Of a stretch of 64,000 bases of DNA, positions 12,476 to 25,015 are shown in pieces (within the stretch, counting starts at the first letter, position 1; every line of letters begins with the position of its first letter). The stretch covers positions 50,282,001-50,346,000 of the forward strand of contig NC_043004.1 in NCBI RefSeq assembly GCF_006345805.1, in the 5' to 3' direction. The DNA is from Octopus sinensis. Lineage: Eukaryota. A model generated the notes under the pieces. It was given only the letters and a program-made list of their open reading frames with translations. It searched no databases and was not told the DNA's origin. The position numbers and the translations under genes are program-made.

Positions 12476-13297
12476 GTATTAGTAATTTGTGGTAAATCAT
12501 TTTACCTTTGCCCATATAATACAGTAAATGAATTGATTGCATCGCAATCCTTGACATTTATGTATTAACTTTGTTGGGTACTTCACTAGCAGTATATTGG
12601 ATATATATTATCCCATGGAGGGTTGCATTCACAACCCCTATCTCAATTTGTATATAAATATATATATACTTTTTAATCCGAGGGAGGGGGGGGCAATGTG
12701 AGAGTACGTAATGTCTGGTCTTTCGCATATAGCCGGTATGTAATTGTGTATTTGTTTCTGTGTACTATGTGTTGTGTGCAAAAACATCCTGACGAGGGGA
12801 GTGTCAATTTTAAATATATGATATGTTTCATATTAATTGGCGCGTCTCCGTAAATTTGTATATTTATCTTCTATGTATTTTTCTCTGGAATTTTAATTCG
12901 TCTTTTTAAAGTGTCATTGTATGTTTTATTATTCCAAATTTTTGATTTAACAAATTTATACCAAATGTTTTACGAGTTTAAGCGTAAATTCGAGATGTTA
13001 TATATGCAGCATATATATATATTTATATATTACTATATTTTTATATATATTTATATATTACTATATTTTTAAACGTCGGACTTTATATCTGTTCTGTAGA
13101 TATAAATGAATATATGAATATATGTATGCGTTTGATCTTTCTGTGGATTTTGTAATGTACCTTTAGTTGCTGCTCATATTGCCTCCCCTCAGATTGAAAA
13201 GTGTATACAGCTCATTTGAGCACTACTGTTCCAGTCTGTTATATATTTTGAGTGTTGTTGTCACTAGCGATCTCAAGATATAACTTTGTATTTTGTA

Positions 13298-13365
<68 letters not shown>

Positions 13366-13387
13366 GTGTATGTGCGTGTGTGTGTAA

Positions 13388-14165
13388 GTACAGGACACCA
13401 CAAATAGACGTAGAACTCAACGAGAAACGAAAACATAAAAACAAGGGAACGGACTTTTTTTAACAACGAAAAAACAGAGCACAAGACAAACAACACAAGG
13501 AACATTCCCCTTCATCAGCTGTCCCCGGTTCGACTCCAAGCGTGTTTCGAAGGTAAGGACAGAACACGACCCGTCGGACCGGTCCTTCCTGCAAAGGAAT
13601 TAAATAAAATTCCTTTGCAGAGGGGTAAAAACAAGGAAAGAAAAAAATGTGACATGAACAGGACGTAAAAGCAATACAAATAAAAATACGAATACAAAAT
13701 AAAAATACAAATATAAAAAAATACAGTACACATAAAGAATAAAAACAGGACAAAGAAACCAACATTGAGGGCCTTTTTTTAAGCCTAGACGAAGGAAAAA
13801 TTCAGAGCGCAGGAAAAAAGTCGTGTTGACTTGTAGAAGGCTGGAGTGAAAAGGAAGTCGGTCGACTCAGCAGTGAGAGAGATGAGGAGGAGTGAGAGAG
13901 ACAGAGATAGGGAGGAAAGGAAACCAGAAAGGGTGAAAAATAAGAAGGAGAGAGACAGGCAAAGAGGAAGACAGACAGGAAGGAAGGAAAGGTCAAGCAA
14001 AGGGTTACAGAGTTTCGCGTCATAATTATATATAAAAACTTGCTTGGAGAAAGGAAAGAAACGAAACGACGCGAGGGCGCTCAATCATACAATAATTTAA
14101 TAAATAAAATATATGCATACATATAAACATATTTGTACGTACCTACATCTACATGTATATATACA

Positions 14166-14235
<70 letters not shown>

Positions 14236-14240
14236 GTGTG

Positions 14241-14271
<31 letters not shown>

Positions 14272-14476
14272 TGTGTGAGTATAGGACACCACAAATAAAC
14301 GTAGAACTCAACGAGAAACGAAAACATAAAAACAAGGGAACGGACTTTTATTAATAACGAAAAAACAGAGCACAATACAAACAACACAAGGAACATTCCC
14401 CTTCATCAGCTGTCCCCGTTTCGACTCCATGCGTGTTTCGAAGGTAAGGACAGAACACGACCCGACGGACCGGTCC
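13388..14476 (-). mobile_element. Non-coding element bounded by ~195-bp direct repeats (pseudo-LTR-like)
   Basis: 13388-13585 and 14279-14476 are near-identical; no credible ORF inside; 13-bp perfect hairpin at ~13588-13619. Confidence 0.7.
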
Positions 14477-14481
14477 TACGT

Positions 14482-14542
<61 letters not shown>

Positions 14543-14877
14543 CTTACTTGGAAATGGCTGCGTGGCGTACAATCAAATAATAATATAAATAATATTCTAT
14601 GCATACACACACACACGTACACATCTATACATATGCATATATGGGTACAGAACGTCACCAACAGTAAACAACATGAAATACGAAAACAAATGAGTTCAAT
14701 ATGCAGACAACGAGAGAAACAAATGGGAAACAGGACAAGCAACATAAAGAACGGCTTTTCATCAGTTGTCGTCTGTCCATCTACTCCTCATTTCGAGCAT
14801 TGAACGACAGTATGTGTCTTCCAAGACAGTTGCTCCCATAAGTACCAAAATAGATTTTTGGATTTATGGAGGGTCAA

Positions 14878-15030
14878 TGTAGGTGACGTGGACAGGTGAG
14901 GCTGGTATGTTGGTATGCATGGGTGACAGTTGGTCTTCCATAAACAACCTTGCCCGGACTTGTGCCTCGGAGGGGGAACTTTCTAGGTGCAATTTCATGG
15001 TCATTCGTGACCGAAGGGTGTCTTTTTGAT
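14878..15030 (+). mobile_element. SINE family C, 3' fragment
   Basis: Matches the reverse complement of 18360-18500 (ggtcttccataaacaaccttgcccggacttgtgcctc...). Confidence 0.65.
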
Positions 15031-15603
15031 ACTTAAAAGCTGGTTGTCGTTCTGTTGTCCCTCGTGTGGATATCTCTGGTAAATTTAACAGATTCTAAGT
15101 GGCCGAAGGAAAGGAAGAAAAAGTAAAAGAAATTGCCTCTCTGAAAGTTGCCGAGTGACTAGGGTCAGACCTCTACATTACCTCCATGACAACCATCAAG
15201 TATGTGAAAACATGCCTGCTATCTCTACAGGTGTCGAACCAAAAAGAGAACAAGAATGAGGAAGATTTCTATTAGCGGCCGTGTTAGTATTTTCATTGCT
15301 AAATGGGTCACAGTTAAAGAACATTTCGTAGGTTATCTAGGTTGAACTGATCTTGACCCAAGATAGCCAAGTTGACAGCTGACAGTCATAAATCAACGGG
15401 TGCGACAAAAAAAAAATAGGTAAGAAGCTTACAGAAACATTCAGGCTGCAGTTTCAGTTCCTGGTTGAGAATCCAGGATCTAATCTCTTCATTATATGTA
15501 TATAATGAGTCTGAACGAGCTAGGTTTCTATAAGAAGCTTACGAAACTTTAAGTCGCATAGAGCTGAATCCAACTATTTCAAATAATATACATGCATGCA
15601 TGA

Positions 15604-15678
<75 letters not shown>

Positions 15679-16297
15679 TGGTAAGAAGCTTGCTTCCGGT
15701 TCCGGTTGTTTAGTTCTCTTCTTGACACCGTTGAAGTCGTCATGCTGGCGTGCAGCGGACGGAAGTTGTATTTGAAAGACGCTCTACTGTAAGGTAAGAC
15801 TTTTTTGCTTTTTGAGTCCAGTGGGATTCGTTGTTCGCAAAGTTTATTTTTTGTACAAGCAAGGAGTCCTCACTGGATTCGGGGCTTTTAGTCTGCCTGC
15901 AGTAGAGACGTGTGTTTCTCTCAATTAGCTGTGAGAACTGAAGTCTGGAGGTGCGTTTTAATTTAATTTGAGAGTTGAATTATTCTCAACTATTTTCAAG
16001 AACTGTTTGTTTGCCTGCGTGGAAGTTTTTGGAAAATAGTTTCAAGGAATTACACAAGGGTTTACACAAGGATTGAAAAAGCTGCGAAGGCCAGGGGTAC
16101 CGTACGGCCGAAAAATATTTTTCTTTGCTGTAATTTGAAATCTCGTTCTCTTCTTCTGTCGTTTATTTGGAAGAAAAAAAACTGTATTGAACTGTTATTT
16201 TTATTTTTTGTTCCCTTTTGTTAAGTCTTTCCTTTTGTTTTTCTCTCTACATTAATTTAAAATTTTTGTGGACTATATTTGGAACTTTTATTTTTAA

Positions 16298-17497
16298 ATG
16301 GCAAAGAACGAATTTGTTGAATGGGAGTTGACACCTCCCAAAACATGGCTTGAGGAGTTTGAAAGGAAGACGGTGGTGTTGAGGACTTACTCCAAGTCTT
16401 CCCGAAAAAGATAACTGAAAAAGAGCTGGCAGACTATATGCCAGCTGTTACTTATATCTCTCGGGTAGCCAAATTTGCAACTGTGTGGTTGCTGTATGAC
16501 TCCCCGAAGAAGTTTGCGAATTCGCAAGCCAGCCCCTGGAGAGCAGTGAAATTTTGTTCCTTCCCACTTATTGTGGGAAGAAGTTGAGGGCTTGGGTCTG
16601 CGGTTTGCCACCCGGAATTGAGCCCGAGTGGATAGAAGACACTATCCGCCGGTGTCTGGGTGGCAGCAGTATCAAGCTACTCGATGTGAAAATTTTGCCT
16701 GCGGTTGATTGGGAGGGGTCAAAAGCTGTTTTGACCCTATGGACCCAATCAGCCGAAAATCTGGTATTTCCCGATTTTTTAAAGAATGGCCGGGTCTAGG
16801 TATCCGGTGATGCTTGAGGGACGCCCCCCTACAAGTGTCACCTATGTCTGGAGCCGGGACATATAAGAAAGAACTGCCCGAAGGACAAAAATAGGATCCT
16901 GGAGTAGTTAATCAAAATACCGCCCCCTGCTCCCTCAGTGGAGGAAGAGAGGGAGGAAGTCGAGGAAGTGGAAACCTCCTCGAAAAAAGGAAAGAAACGA
17001 AAGGTGGGCAACAGTGGTTACCCACAGAAGGATCCGAAGGCTGCGGGAGGAAGGGAGGACCTGCTGGACAAAGCAGAGGCACACCACCCTCCCGTGGTTC
17101 AAAGGAAAAAGAAGAAAAAAATAGAAAAGCGAGACATTGCCGGAGGTTTGTGACACTGCCGGCGGTTTGTGACACTGCCGGCGTGTCCCGTATCTCCTTC
17201 GGTGGGAGTAGTTCCATTGGAGGAGCAATTTGTGGTCCTCCTCCATAAGGGAGGAACATTACAAGACTTTGTTAAGAAGTTTGAAAGGAGAGGACATGGG
17301 AGGGGCTTCTGTCCTGCACGGAGAACCCTGAGTGGCCTTTGCAGGTGGTTGCAGAGGTCATATGGGAAACCGATTTGTGCAGGATAATGAATTCCTTTCC
17401 AGCGGACTCCTTTAGATACATGACAAAGTTGTCTGGCTTGGAACCTTCTAGATGCTTCGAAGAAGCGAGGAGCCTGGTCGGACAGAAAAGCATGTAA
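16298..17497 (+). pseudogene. LINE ORF1p/gag-like protein with CX2CX4HX4C knuckle, disrupted
   Basis: MAKNEFVEWELTPPK..., LFLPTYCGKK, EGRP..CHLCLEPGHIRKNC (~16836-16877), acidic/basic tail; stops and frameshifts. Confidence 0.8.
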
Positions 17498-17503
17498 CTT
17501 GTA

Positions 17504-17898
17504 TAGGTGTAGGAGTGGTTGTGTGGTAAGTAGTTTGTGTAGTTTGTTTACCAACCACATGGTTCCAGGTTCAGTCCCACTGCGTGGCACCTTGGGCAAG
17601 TGTCTTCTACTATAGCCTCGGGCCGACCAAAGCCTTGTGAGTGGATTTGGTAGACGGAAACTGAGAGAAGCCCGTCGTATATATGTATATATATGCGTGG
17701 GTGTGTTTGTGTGTCTGTGTTTGTCCCCCTAGCATTGCTTGACAACCGATGCTGGTGTGTTTACGTCCCCATTACTTAGCGGTTCGGCAAAAGAGACCGA
17801 TAGAATAAGTACTGGGCTTACATAAGAATCAGTTGCTCGATTAAAAAAGGCGGTGCTCCAGCATGGCCGCAGTCAAATGACTGAAACAAGTAAAAGAG
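17504..17898 (+). mobile_element. SINE family A inserted in the 3' UTR of the ORF1-only element
   Basis: Full consensus head to tail; approximate gtaac(t)tgta duplication. Confidence 0.85.
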
Positions 17899-18359
17899 TA
17901 ACTGTATTTTTTGTATTTTATTGAATTGTGTGAGAGGTTTATTGCCTCAAAAGGGTTTTTGTATAGCAAAAATGTAAGAGGTTTATTGCCTCATTAATGT
18001 GTGTGTATTTTTTTTTAACTATTGCCTCGGTATGATACTTTAAAAGAACGATGTTTTAGAGAAGCAAAAGTCAGCGGGCGCTTTTCGTCCTCTCCCATCC
18101 TTATCATCCTTGTATCATTCATCTCATTAATATCTGTGTCCAGCGCGCAAGCTTCCTTACCCTATGTACTGCCTTTATAGCAAATTTAATAGAATAAAGA
18201 AGCTTGCTTCCCAGTCACATGGTTCCGGGTTCAGTCCCACTGCGTGGCGCCTTGGGAAAGTGTCTTCCTCTATAACTTCGGGCCGATCAAAGCCTTTCGA
18301 GTGGATTTGGTAGATGGAAACTAAAAGAAGCCCGTTGTATATATACATGCATATATTTA

Positions 18360-18705
18360 GTTAGTTAGTGACCCCCTTCGGTCAGACACTGACCATGGGT
18401 TTGCACCTAGAGAGTTACTCTCTGAGGCACAAGTCTGGGCAAGGTTGTTTTTTATGGAAGACCAGCAGTCGCTCATGCATACCGGCCTCCCCTCTCCATG
18501 TCACCGATGTTGTCCAAGGGAAAGGCAAGGGCCGATACAGCTTGGCACCAGTGACGTCGCAACTCATTTCTACAGCTGAGTGAACTAGAGCAACGTGAAA
18601 TAAAGTGTTTTGCTCAAGAACACAACACGCAGCCCGGTCCGGGATTCGAGCTCACAACCTCACGATCGTAAGCTCGACGCTCTAACCACTGAGCCACGCG
18701 CCTTC
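18360..18705 (-). mobile_element. tRNA-derived SINE, family C
   Basis: Head gaaggcgcgtggctcagtggttagagcg, box B gttcgaatccc-like, (CTAA)n tail; TSD atgcatatattt on both sides. Confidence 0.85.
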
Positions 18706-19284
18706 ATGCATATATTTATGCGTATAATATTTATGTGTATATATTTATGTGTATGTATCTATATGTATATATTTACGCGCGCGCGCGTGTGTTTGTCCTT
18801 CCACCATTGCTTGACTACTGATGTTGGTGTGTTTACGATCCCGTAACTTAACGGTTCGGCAAAAAAGACCGATAGAATAAGTACTAGGCTTACAGAGAAT
18901 AAGTCCTGGGGTTGATTTCTTCGACTAAAGGCAGTGCTTCTGCACGGTCGCAGTCAAATGACTGAAACAACTAGAAGAATAAAAGAATATATATATAATC
19001 TAAGGTCGTGGTATTTCCAGAGAAACACTCAGTCTTAGTTCTGGGCTATCAACAGTCGGATTCCAAACTAATACCGAAATTCTTCAGGTGCAGAAAATCC
19101 TAGTTTCACGACGGGAAAACCGTTGTATGGTTGTTGTGAAGAGTAAAATATAAAACAAGTGATAAGACAAAGGAATACTTTAAAACATCTTTAATGATCA
19201 GTTACAATTGTTTCTGTACCAACTCTGGTTGGAATGTATATATGAGTCTGCTGCAATGAATTTACAAACAAACATACATAACAT

Positions 19285-19702
19285 CTCTTTTCTCTTTTTC
19301 TCTTTTACTTGTTTCAGTCATTTGACTGCGGCCATGCTGGAGCACCGCCTTTAGTCGAGCAACTCGACCCCGGGACTTATTCTTTTGTAAGCCCAGTACT
19401 TATTCTATCGGTCTCTTTTGCCGAACCGCTAAGCTACGAGGACGTAAACACACCAGCATCGGTTGTCAAGCAATGCTAGGGGAACAAACACAGACACACA
19501 AACACACACGTACACACATATATATATATATACATATATACGACGGGCTTCTTTCAGTTTCCGTCTACCAAATCCACTCACAAGGCTTTGGTCGGCCCGA
19601 GGCTATAGTAGAAGACACTTGCCCAAGGTGCCACGCAGTGGGACTGAACCCGGAACCATGTGGTTGGTAAACAAGCTACTTACCACACAGCAACTCCTGC
19701 GC
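19285..19702 (-). mobile_element. SINE family A, full length
   Basis: Reverse complement of the family A consensus. Confidence 0.9.
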
Positions 19703-20917
19703 TGTAGGGGTATATACCACTCTAGGGGTATATATTTTTCCCTCTGCAAAGATTATGCCCAGAAATATGAATTTAATATTTGATTCACCTCACTGTGTAT
19801 AAATGAAACAGCTGTAGGGAATAACGATCGGTTTGTTGCAGATGATAAACTACAGTTTATATACAAACCTGTTATTTTAAGGAAATCACTTCCCTCCAAA
19901 ATATTAGCTATTGAATCAGTATTTCCTTGGATGATACCATCCCTCCAAGAGGCTAACATAAACTCTAACTGAATTCCCTCTTCCCCCCTCTATCTCTCTC
20001 TATATATATATGTATATATAGATAAGATATGTATATATATATACGTATACACACATATATGTGTGTGTGTGTGTATTTAGGGACCAGTTAAGACTCAAAA
20101 CCGAAACCACATTTTCATTGATTGTCAGATAAATTTCCGGTCTTTATTTTCTCCTCTGCATTTGGAGATTAATGAGGATGAGTTAATCTCTGAGACTTTC
20201 TCTGGTCACCGAAAGGTCAATCCTTTGTTTTAGGATGACCTACTTTAGTTTCCAAACCTTATATATATTCAAAGAAAGTCTTATTCAGACATCCTGATTG
20301 CTACCTTCTTACCATCGAGCATCTCGGTCGAATGGAAAATAGAGGGACCGCATATTGCTTATATTCTCAGTTTGACATTACAGATCTTACCCTTTCTTCC
20401 TTTCTAGCAGCGGGATCTTAAAGCTAGCTTCCATACATAAAGAATTCATGAAACCGGAAAGTATTTTACGGCAACAAAACACCAACACGTATAGACACGA
20501 ACAAGCAATGTGACGACATTGTTTTTATTACCTTCGTCTTAACGAAGGCGGAGGTATTGTTTTCAGTCGTGTTTGTTTGTCCATGGACAAGATATCTCAA
20601 GAGCCGCTGGATGGATTCGGATAAAACTTTTAGGTATGTTTGGCTTCGTGACTGGCATGAACTTATTAGATTCTGAGATCGATCCAGTACCGGACAAGGA
20701 TTTTACTCTTTACTCTTTTACTTGTTTCAGTCATTTGACTGTGGCCATGCTGGAGCACCGCCTTTAGTCGAGCAACTCGACCCCGGGACTTATTCTTTGT
20801 AAGTCCAGTACTTATTCTATCGGTCTCTTTTGCCGAACCGCTAAGTAACGGGGAAATAAACACACCAGCATCGGTTGTCAAGCAATGCTAGGGAGACAAA
20901 CACAGATACACAAACAT

Positions 20918-20952
<35 letters not shown>

Positions 20953-21347
20953 CTAGCAGTATCGCCCGGCGTTGCTCGGGTTTGTAAGGGAAATAACTAT
21001 ATAAGCATTTTTAGAGAGTTATAGCCAAAAAATACCAAAAAATGCATTAAAAATTGAAAAAAAATTAAGGTAAATTTTTTTTTAAATCGTTGACACATCG
21101 TAGATATTTTTAGAGAGTTACTTCCCTTATATAAAAGCGAAAAAAATGCATTAAAATGGAAAAATATGATGGTAAATTTTTTTTAAATCGTAGACTCATC
21201 GTAGACGCACGCTAATACCCAGAAGGGCTCGATATGAATCACGACTATAAGATACCCGCTTTTGGTTAAACTGCACCGCAAAATGTGGGAGTAGTTAGGA
21301 ATCTAAATCGTAGGAGACAGACACACAACTTCACTCTTATATAAAGA
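20953..21347 (-). mobile_element. Non-autonomous Helitron, ~395 bp
   Basis: 5' TC and 3' cccgagcaacgccgggcgatactgCTAG, inserted between A and T; same family as 52659-53042. Confidence 0.88.
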
Positions 21348-21989
21348 TGCTTTTTTTTTTCAGTCATAGAGTTAGATTTATGAAGGTCTTCAGTAGAAAA
21401 TCCTTCGAATTCTGACTCGCTGCTTGATATAATATAATGAAATTCGTATCCATTTTTTGTCAGAATTACAAATTTTGAAAACACAATAGGAACAAATTTC
21501 GGAAAAAAATCTCCCATAATTCACGGAATTAAAATTACACTTCGATTTTTGTACAAAACTGTAGTTGAAGTGTTTACGAAGTATAATACGTGTTTTCACG
21601 AATGTACTAAAGAGATTTGCTCTGATATTCTCATTTAAATATGAATAGGTAAATTCGGGCGGCTCGGTAACTATATATAAGTGTCGTCTGTTTATACATA
21701 AACACTGTTTCATACTGCAATTATATATACATATATCTATATATAATATTATATAATAAAATATATACAGAGTAAAATAAAAACCAATTTACCTTTTCTG
21801 TCCGTCCGTGTGTGTTGGAATGATAAGTGAGTTGAGTTTTGGCCCCTTTTTTACTAATAACAAACACACACGTGTTTGTATGTAGTTGTATGTGTATGTA
21901 GTTGTATGTAGTTGTATATGTATGTGTATGCGTGTGTGTGAGGAATGACACACACACACTCACGCACGCACACATGTACATCAATGCTT

Positions 21990-22510
21990 TCGGAGTGATA
22001 TGTTAAAATATTGAGTTTTCTCGAATTTTGTCTTAATTGGTGGTAAAATTGAAAGAAATTTTTTATGGCATCACCCACTGAAGTACTCTGAAAAATCTTA
22101 GGTAAATTCTAATTGAAGAAATTGTGTGAGTTGTAAATGGTTATGTATTTATTTGTTTCTGTTTGCTGTGTTTTTTTATTTTTTGAGTAGTGGTTTAAAT
22201 ACTTTCAGTTTAGTCTTCCTCAAATCACTCTGTCGCTATTTACTTTCATTTTATTCGTTGCACACTGTGTGTGTGCGTTTGCGTGTGGTGTAAACCAGAC
22301 TAAGAAAAGCATTTGACACACACACCAGAATGTGAGTTTTCTGTAAATTTTGCTTAATTGGAGTTTAAATTTTAAAAACTGGACCTGGTATGACGCGATG
22401 CATTGTACTCTTAAAAATGCTAGGTAAATTGTAATTGAAGAAATCCTATATTGTAGATTTGTATAACTCCCAAAGGGAGGCAGATAAAATCTGCCTTTTA
22501 TAATAAGAGA
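21990..22510 (-). mobile_element. Second non-autonomous Helitron family, 5' portion; 3' end not located
   Basis: Minus strand starts a|TCtcttattataaaagg..., a typical Helitron 5' end; internal sub-repeats. Confidence 0.55.
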
Positions 22511-23085
22511 TATATATACGACAGGCTTCTTTCAGTTTCTGTCTACCAAATCCACTCACAAGGCTTTGGTCGGCCCGAGGCTATAGTAGAAGACACTTGC
22601 CCTAGGTGCCACGCAGTAGGACTGAACCCGGAACCATGTGGTTGGTAAACAAGCTACTTACCACACAGCCACTCCTGCGCCTTCTGGATTATTTTACCGT
22701 TTTTGTTTTTATTTAATTTTTGAGAGCGGTCGGGTTCATTTTTAGTATTCTCGTTGTTTGTGAGAGCAGTCGAGTTTATTTCAGATATTCTCATTTTAAA
22801 AATCATCTCCGGCTAATCGTTGAGAGAACGTGGATGTTGCCTTGGCAGCTTTGCGCTGTCTCCGTACTCGTTTTATATTGCAGCGACATTATAATCAGCA
22901 AAATAAATGACCGTCTTCATATGTAATTGTTATTCACTCATTCATTTCTACGGTGTTTCCTCATCATTCAAACGTCATCGCTACTTCTGACTTCTCATCC
23001 CAATTTATGTCGTTACATTTTGGTGACCCCTGGACCAAAGAACATTTGTTACATATATATATATATAAAATTTCTGAGGTGCTAT

Positions 23086-23515
23086 ATCATCATCATCATT
23101 GTTTGACCGTGGTCGAGACAATGGAATTTACCATGCCACGCCAGACTTCACGGTCCATCATGGCATTACGGAGGTCATGTTGCTGGATGCCTGTATCCCT
23201 GGAGATTTCATCAGGGTAGGAGAGTGTGCGCCCTCTGGTATTGCGAGTAGATGGCTTCCAGAGGAGAAGAGTAGAAATTACTTCTTTTTCAGCTCTACAA
23301 CAATGTCCAGCAAACTGGACTCTCCTACCTTTCACAAGAGATGACACAGGTGGTAGTTTCCCATATATTTGCATTTTGGTTGGATGGCGCTTCCACGAGA
23401 GATTTTGAGCTCTCATAAGGAGGCGAGTGTAGGTTCCATCCAACCGCCTCTCAAGCTTCTTTGATAACGTCCAGGTTTCTGAGCCATATAGTAGAAGTGC
23501 TACAGTGACTCAAGA
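23086..23515 (-). mobile_element. RTE-clade LINE 3' end, 5' truncated
   Basis: LLYGSETWTL..LDGTYTRLL, RRVQFAGHC, DREVWR; (TGA)n tail. Confidence 0.88.
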
Positions 23516-24567
23516 ATATAAAGTTTCGAGTTAATAATATGTACACTTATCAAATGTGCGTGTGAACATAATTGTTTCTAATTTAGGCACAAGACTAACA
23601 ATTTGGAAGGCAATGGTTCGTCAATATTATCGCTTTTAGTACTTGGTTGGTACTTTATTCTATCGACTTGGACGAATGAAAGCAAAGTTTACCCCGAGGA
23701 AATATAATTCAACACACAAAGAGCCGGAATAAATACAGCAAGGCATTTCCCCCCTACGTTCTTACAATTAACTCTGCCAAATCGCAGTTTGTGTGTGAAA
23801 ATAGTGTCTTTATTGTAAAGCACTTTTAAAAACAACTAAGCATTTACTGAGAGGGGAATCAGATTTATTGTTAAGATCAAATTGACTGGTACTTCAAACT
23901 TAACCTATCGCTTTGTTCATACGTTACTTTATATTTTTTTCATGAAAATTTTCAGTACTTATTCAAGAGGTTTCTTAATGGCACTGAGCAATTTGATAGT
24001 TCTTATTTACGAGCAGAATCACGAAATGCTTATAGTTTTCATTTACACATCCCATGTATTCCAACTTTGATTTTAACATGAAACCAATAGTAGCCTTAAC
24101 CCATAAATAAAGAATTTTTGTCTACCAAGGCGGTGTTGAGCACTCGTCCTCATTGTTCGTTATTAATGTATGTGTGTGTGTGTGTGTGTGTGTGTAAGTT
24201 ACATGGGTATGACTTGGTATTCCTTCATTCTATTTTTTTATGTATGTTTCAGTATTTGGTAATGCATGACGTCACACTACAGCTGCAACCGGTAGATGCA
24301 GCTTATAAGGCCAGCATGGAGCAAACACATCGTTACAGAAATTCAAGTTAGAGACAAGCAGCAACCAAATTTAAACACACTGAAGACACATGCCGGAGAA
24401 GAAGGGTGGCGATGGAGAAGGTAGATACGTAAACCGACTGTCATAATCGCAGGATGGACTGGTGTGTGTGTGTGCGTGTGCGCACGCGCACATAAAACCG
24501 CAAACGACATTCTTTTGGAGAATTCAAAAATATAAACTTTTGTAGTTCTTTCTTTCTTTAGACATAT

Positions 24568-24752
24568 GTTAGTTAGTTAGTTAATTTGGCTCAAAAGCAA
24601 ATAGCAAGGCCATGTAGGGGGACATGGAGTCAAGTACAGGGTGGTGTTCATTTAAAGAGTTCAGGCCACTTGAGGTCAAGGGAGGCTTTGAACAAAGCGG
24701 TCGTCGGCATCTTCACCATCTCGTCTGGCAGCTTGTTCCACGGATCCGCAAC
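24568..24752 (-). mobile_element. CR1/L2-type LINE 3' end
   Basis: VADPWNKLPDEMVKMPTTALFKASLD*; (TAAC)n tail. Confidence 0.85.
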
Positions 24753-25015
24753 GTAGCATATCTGATATCCTCACTGTTTGAGAAGCACAATAAGAATGAT
24801 CTCGTTTGAGATTACATCCATCTTTGGCTGGTTTGTCCCTGTTGTGTCCACTGATCTTATTGGTTGGCATGTGGCGCGGTTTGTCTCTCTACTTATATCG
24901 CGCCACTGTGTAAAGCCAGCCAATCACAGCCTTCAGATAAGGCCTGCGTCATTGAGCCATTTTTTCCCTATAAAAAGGCCAGCTTTCACTATTCTTCGTC
25001 TTTCGACTCCAGACC

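Larger units (their letters stand above)
15698..18196 (+). mobile_element. ORF1-only non-LTR retroposon (HAL1-like), copy 1
   Basis: 15-bp TSD AAGAAGCTTGCTTCC at 15683-15697 and 18197-18211; single decayed zinc-knuckle ORF; AATAAA at the 3' junction; no APE/RT sequence recognised. Confidence 0.8.
15677..18988 (+). mobile_element. Host SINE family A split by two nested insertions
   Basis: Head 15677-15697 resumes at 18197-18359, then 18706-18988 through the tail. Confidence 0.8.
20702..22683 (-). mobile_element. SINE family A split in its central (TA)n by Helitron insertions
   Basis: 3' half at 20702-20935 and 5' half at 22512-22683. Confidence 0.8.

Noticed and set aside
13500-13560. CUGAUGA plus GAAAC in the direct repeats read as a type II hammerhead
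   Set aside because: Stem I cannot pair (G-G at 1.1/2.1) and stem III is mismatched in both copies.
14005-14040. Minus-strand AUGACGC-GAAAC-UCU-GUA half-hammerhead
   Set aside because: The 5' core and the 5' strand of stem II are absent.
19753-19959. Minus-strand ORF with a GTGAAT donor-like site as a host exon
   Set aside because: Weak acceptor context and no recognisable protein motif; not supportable without expression data.
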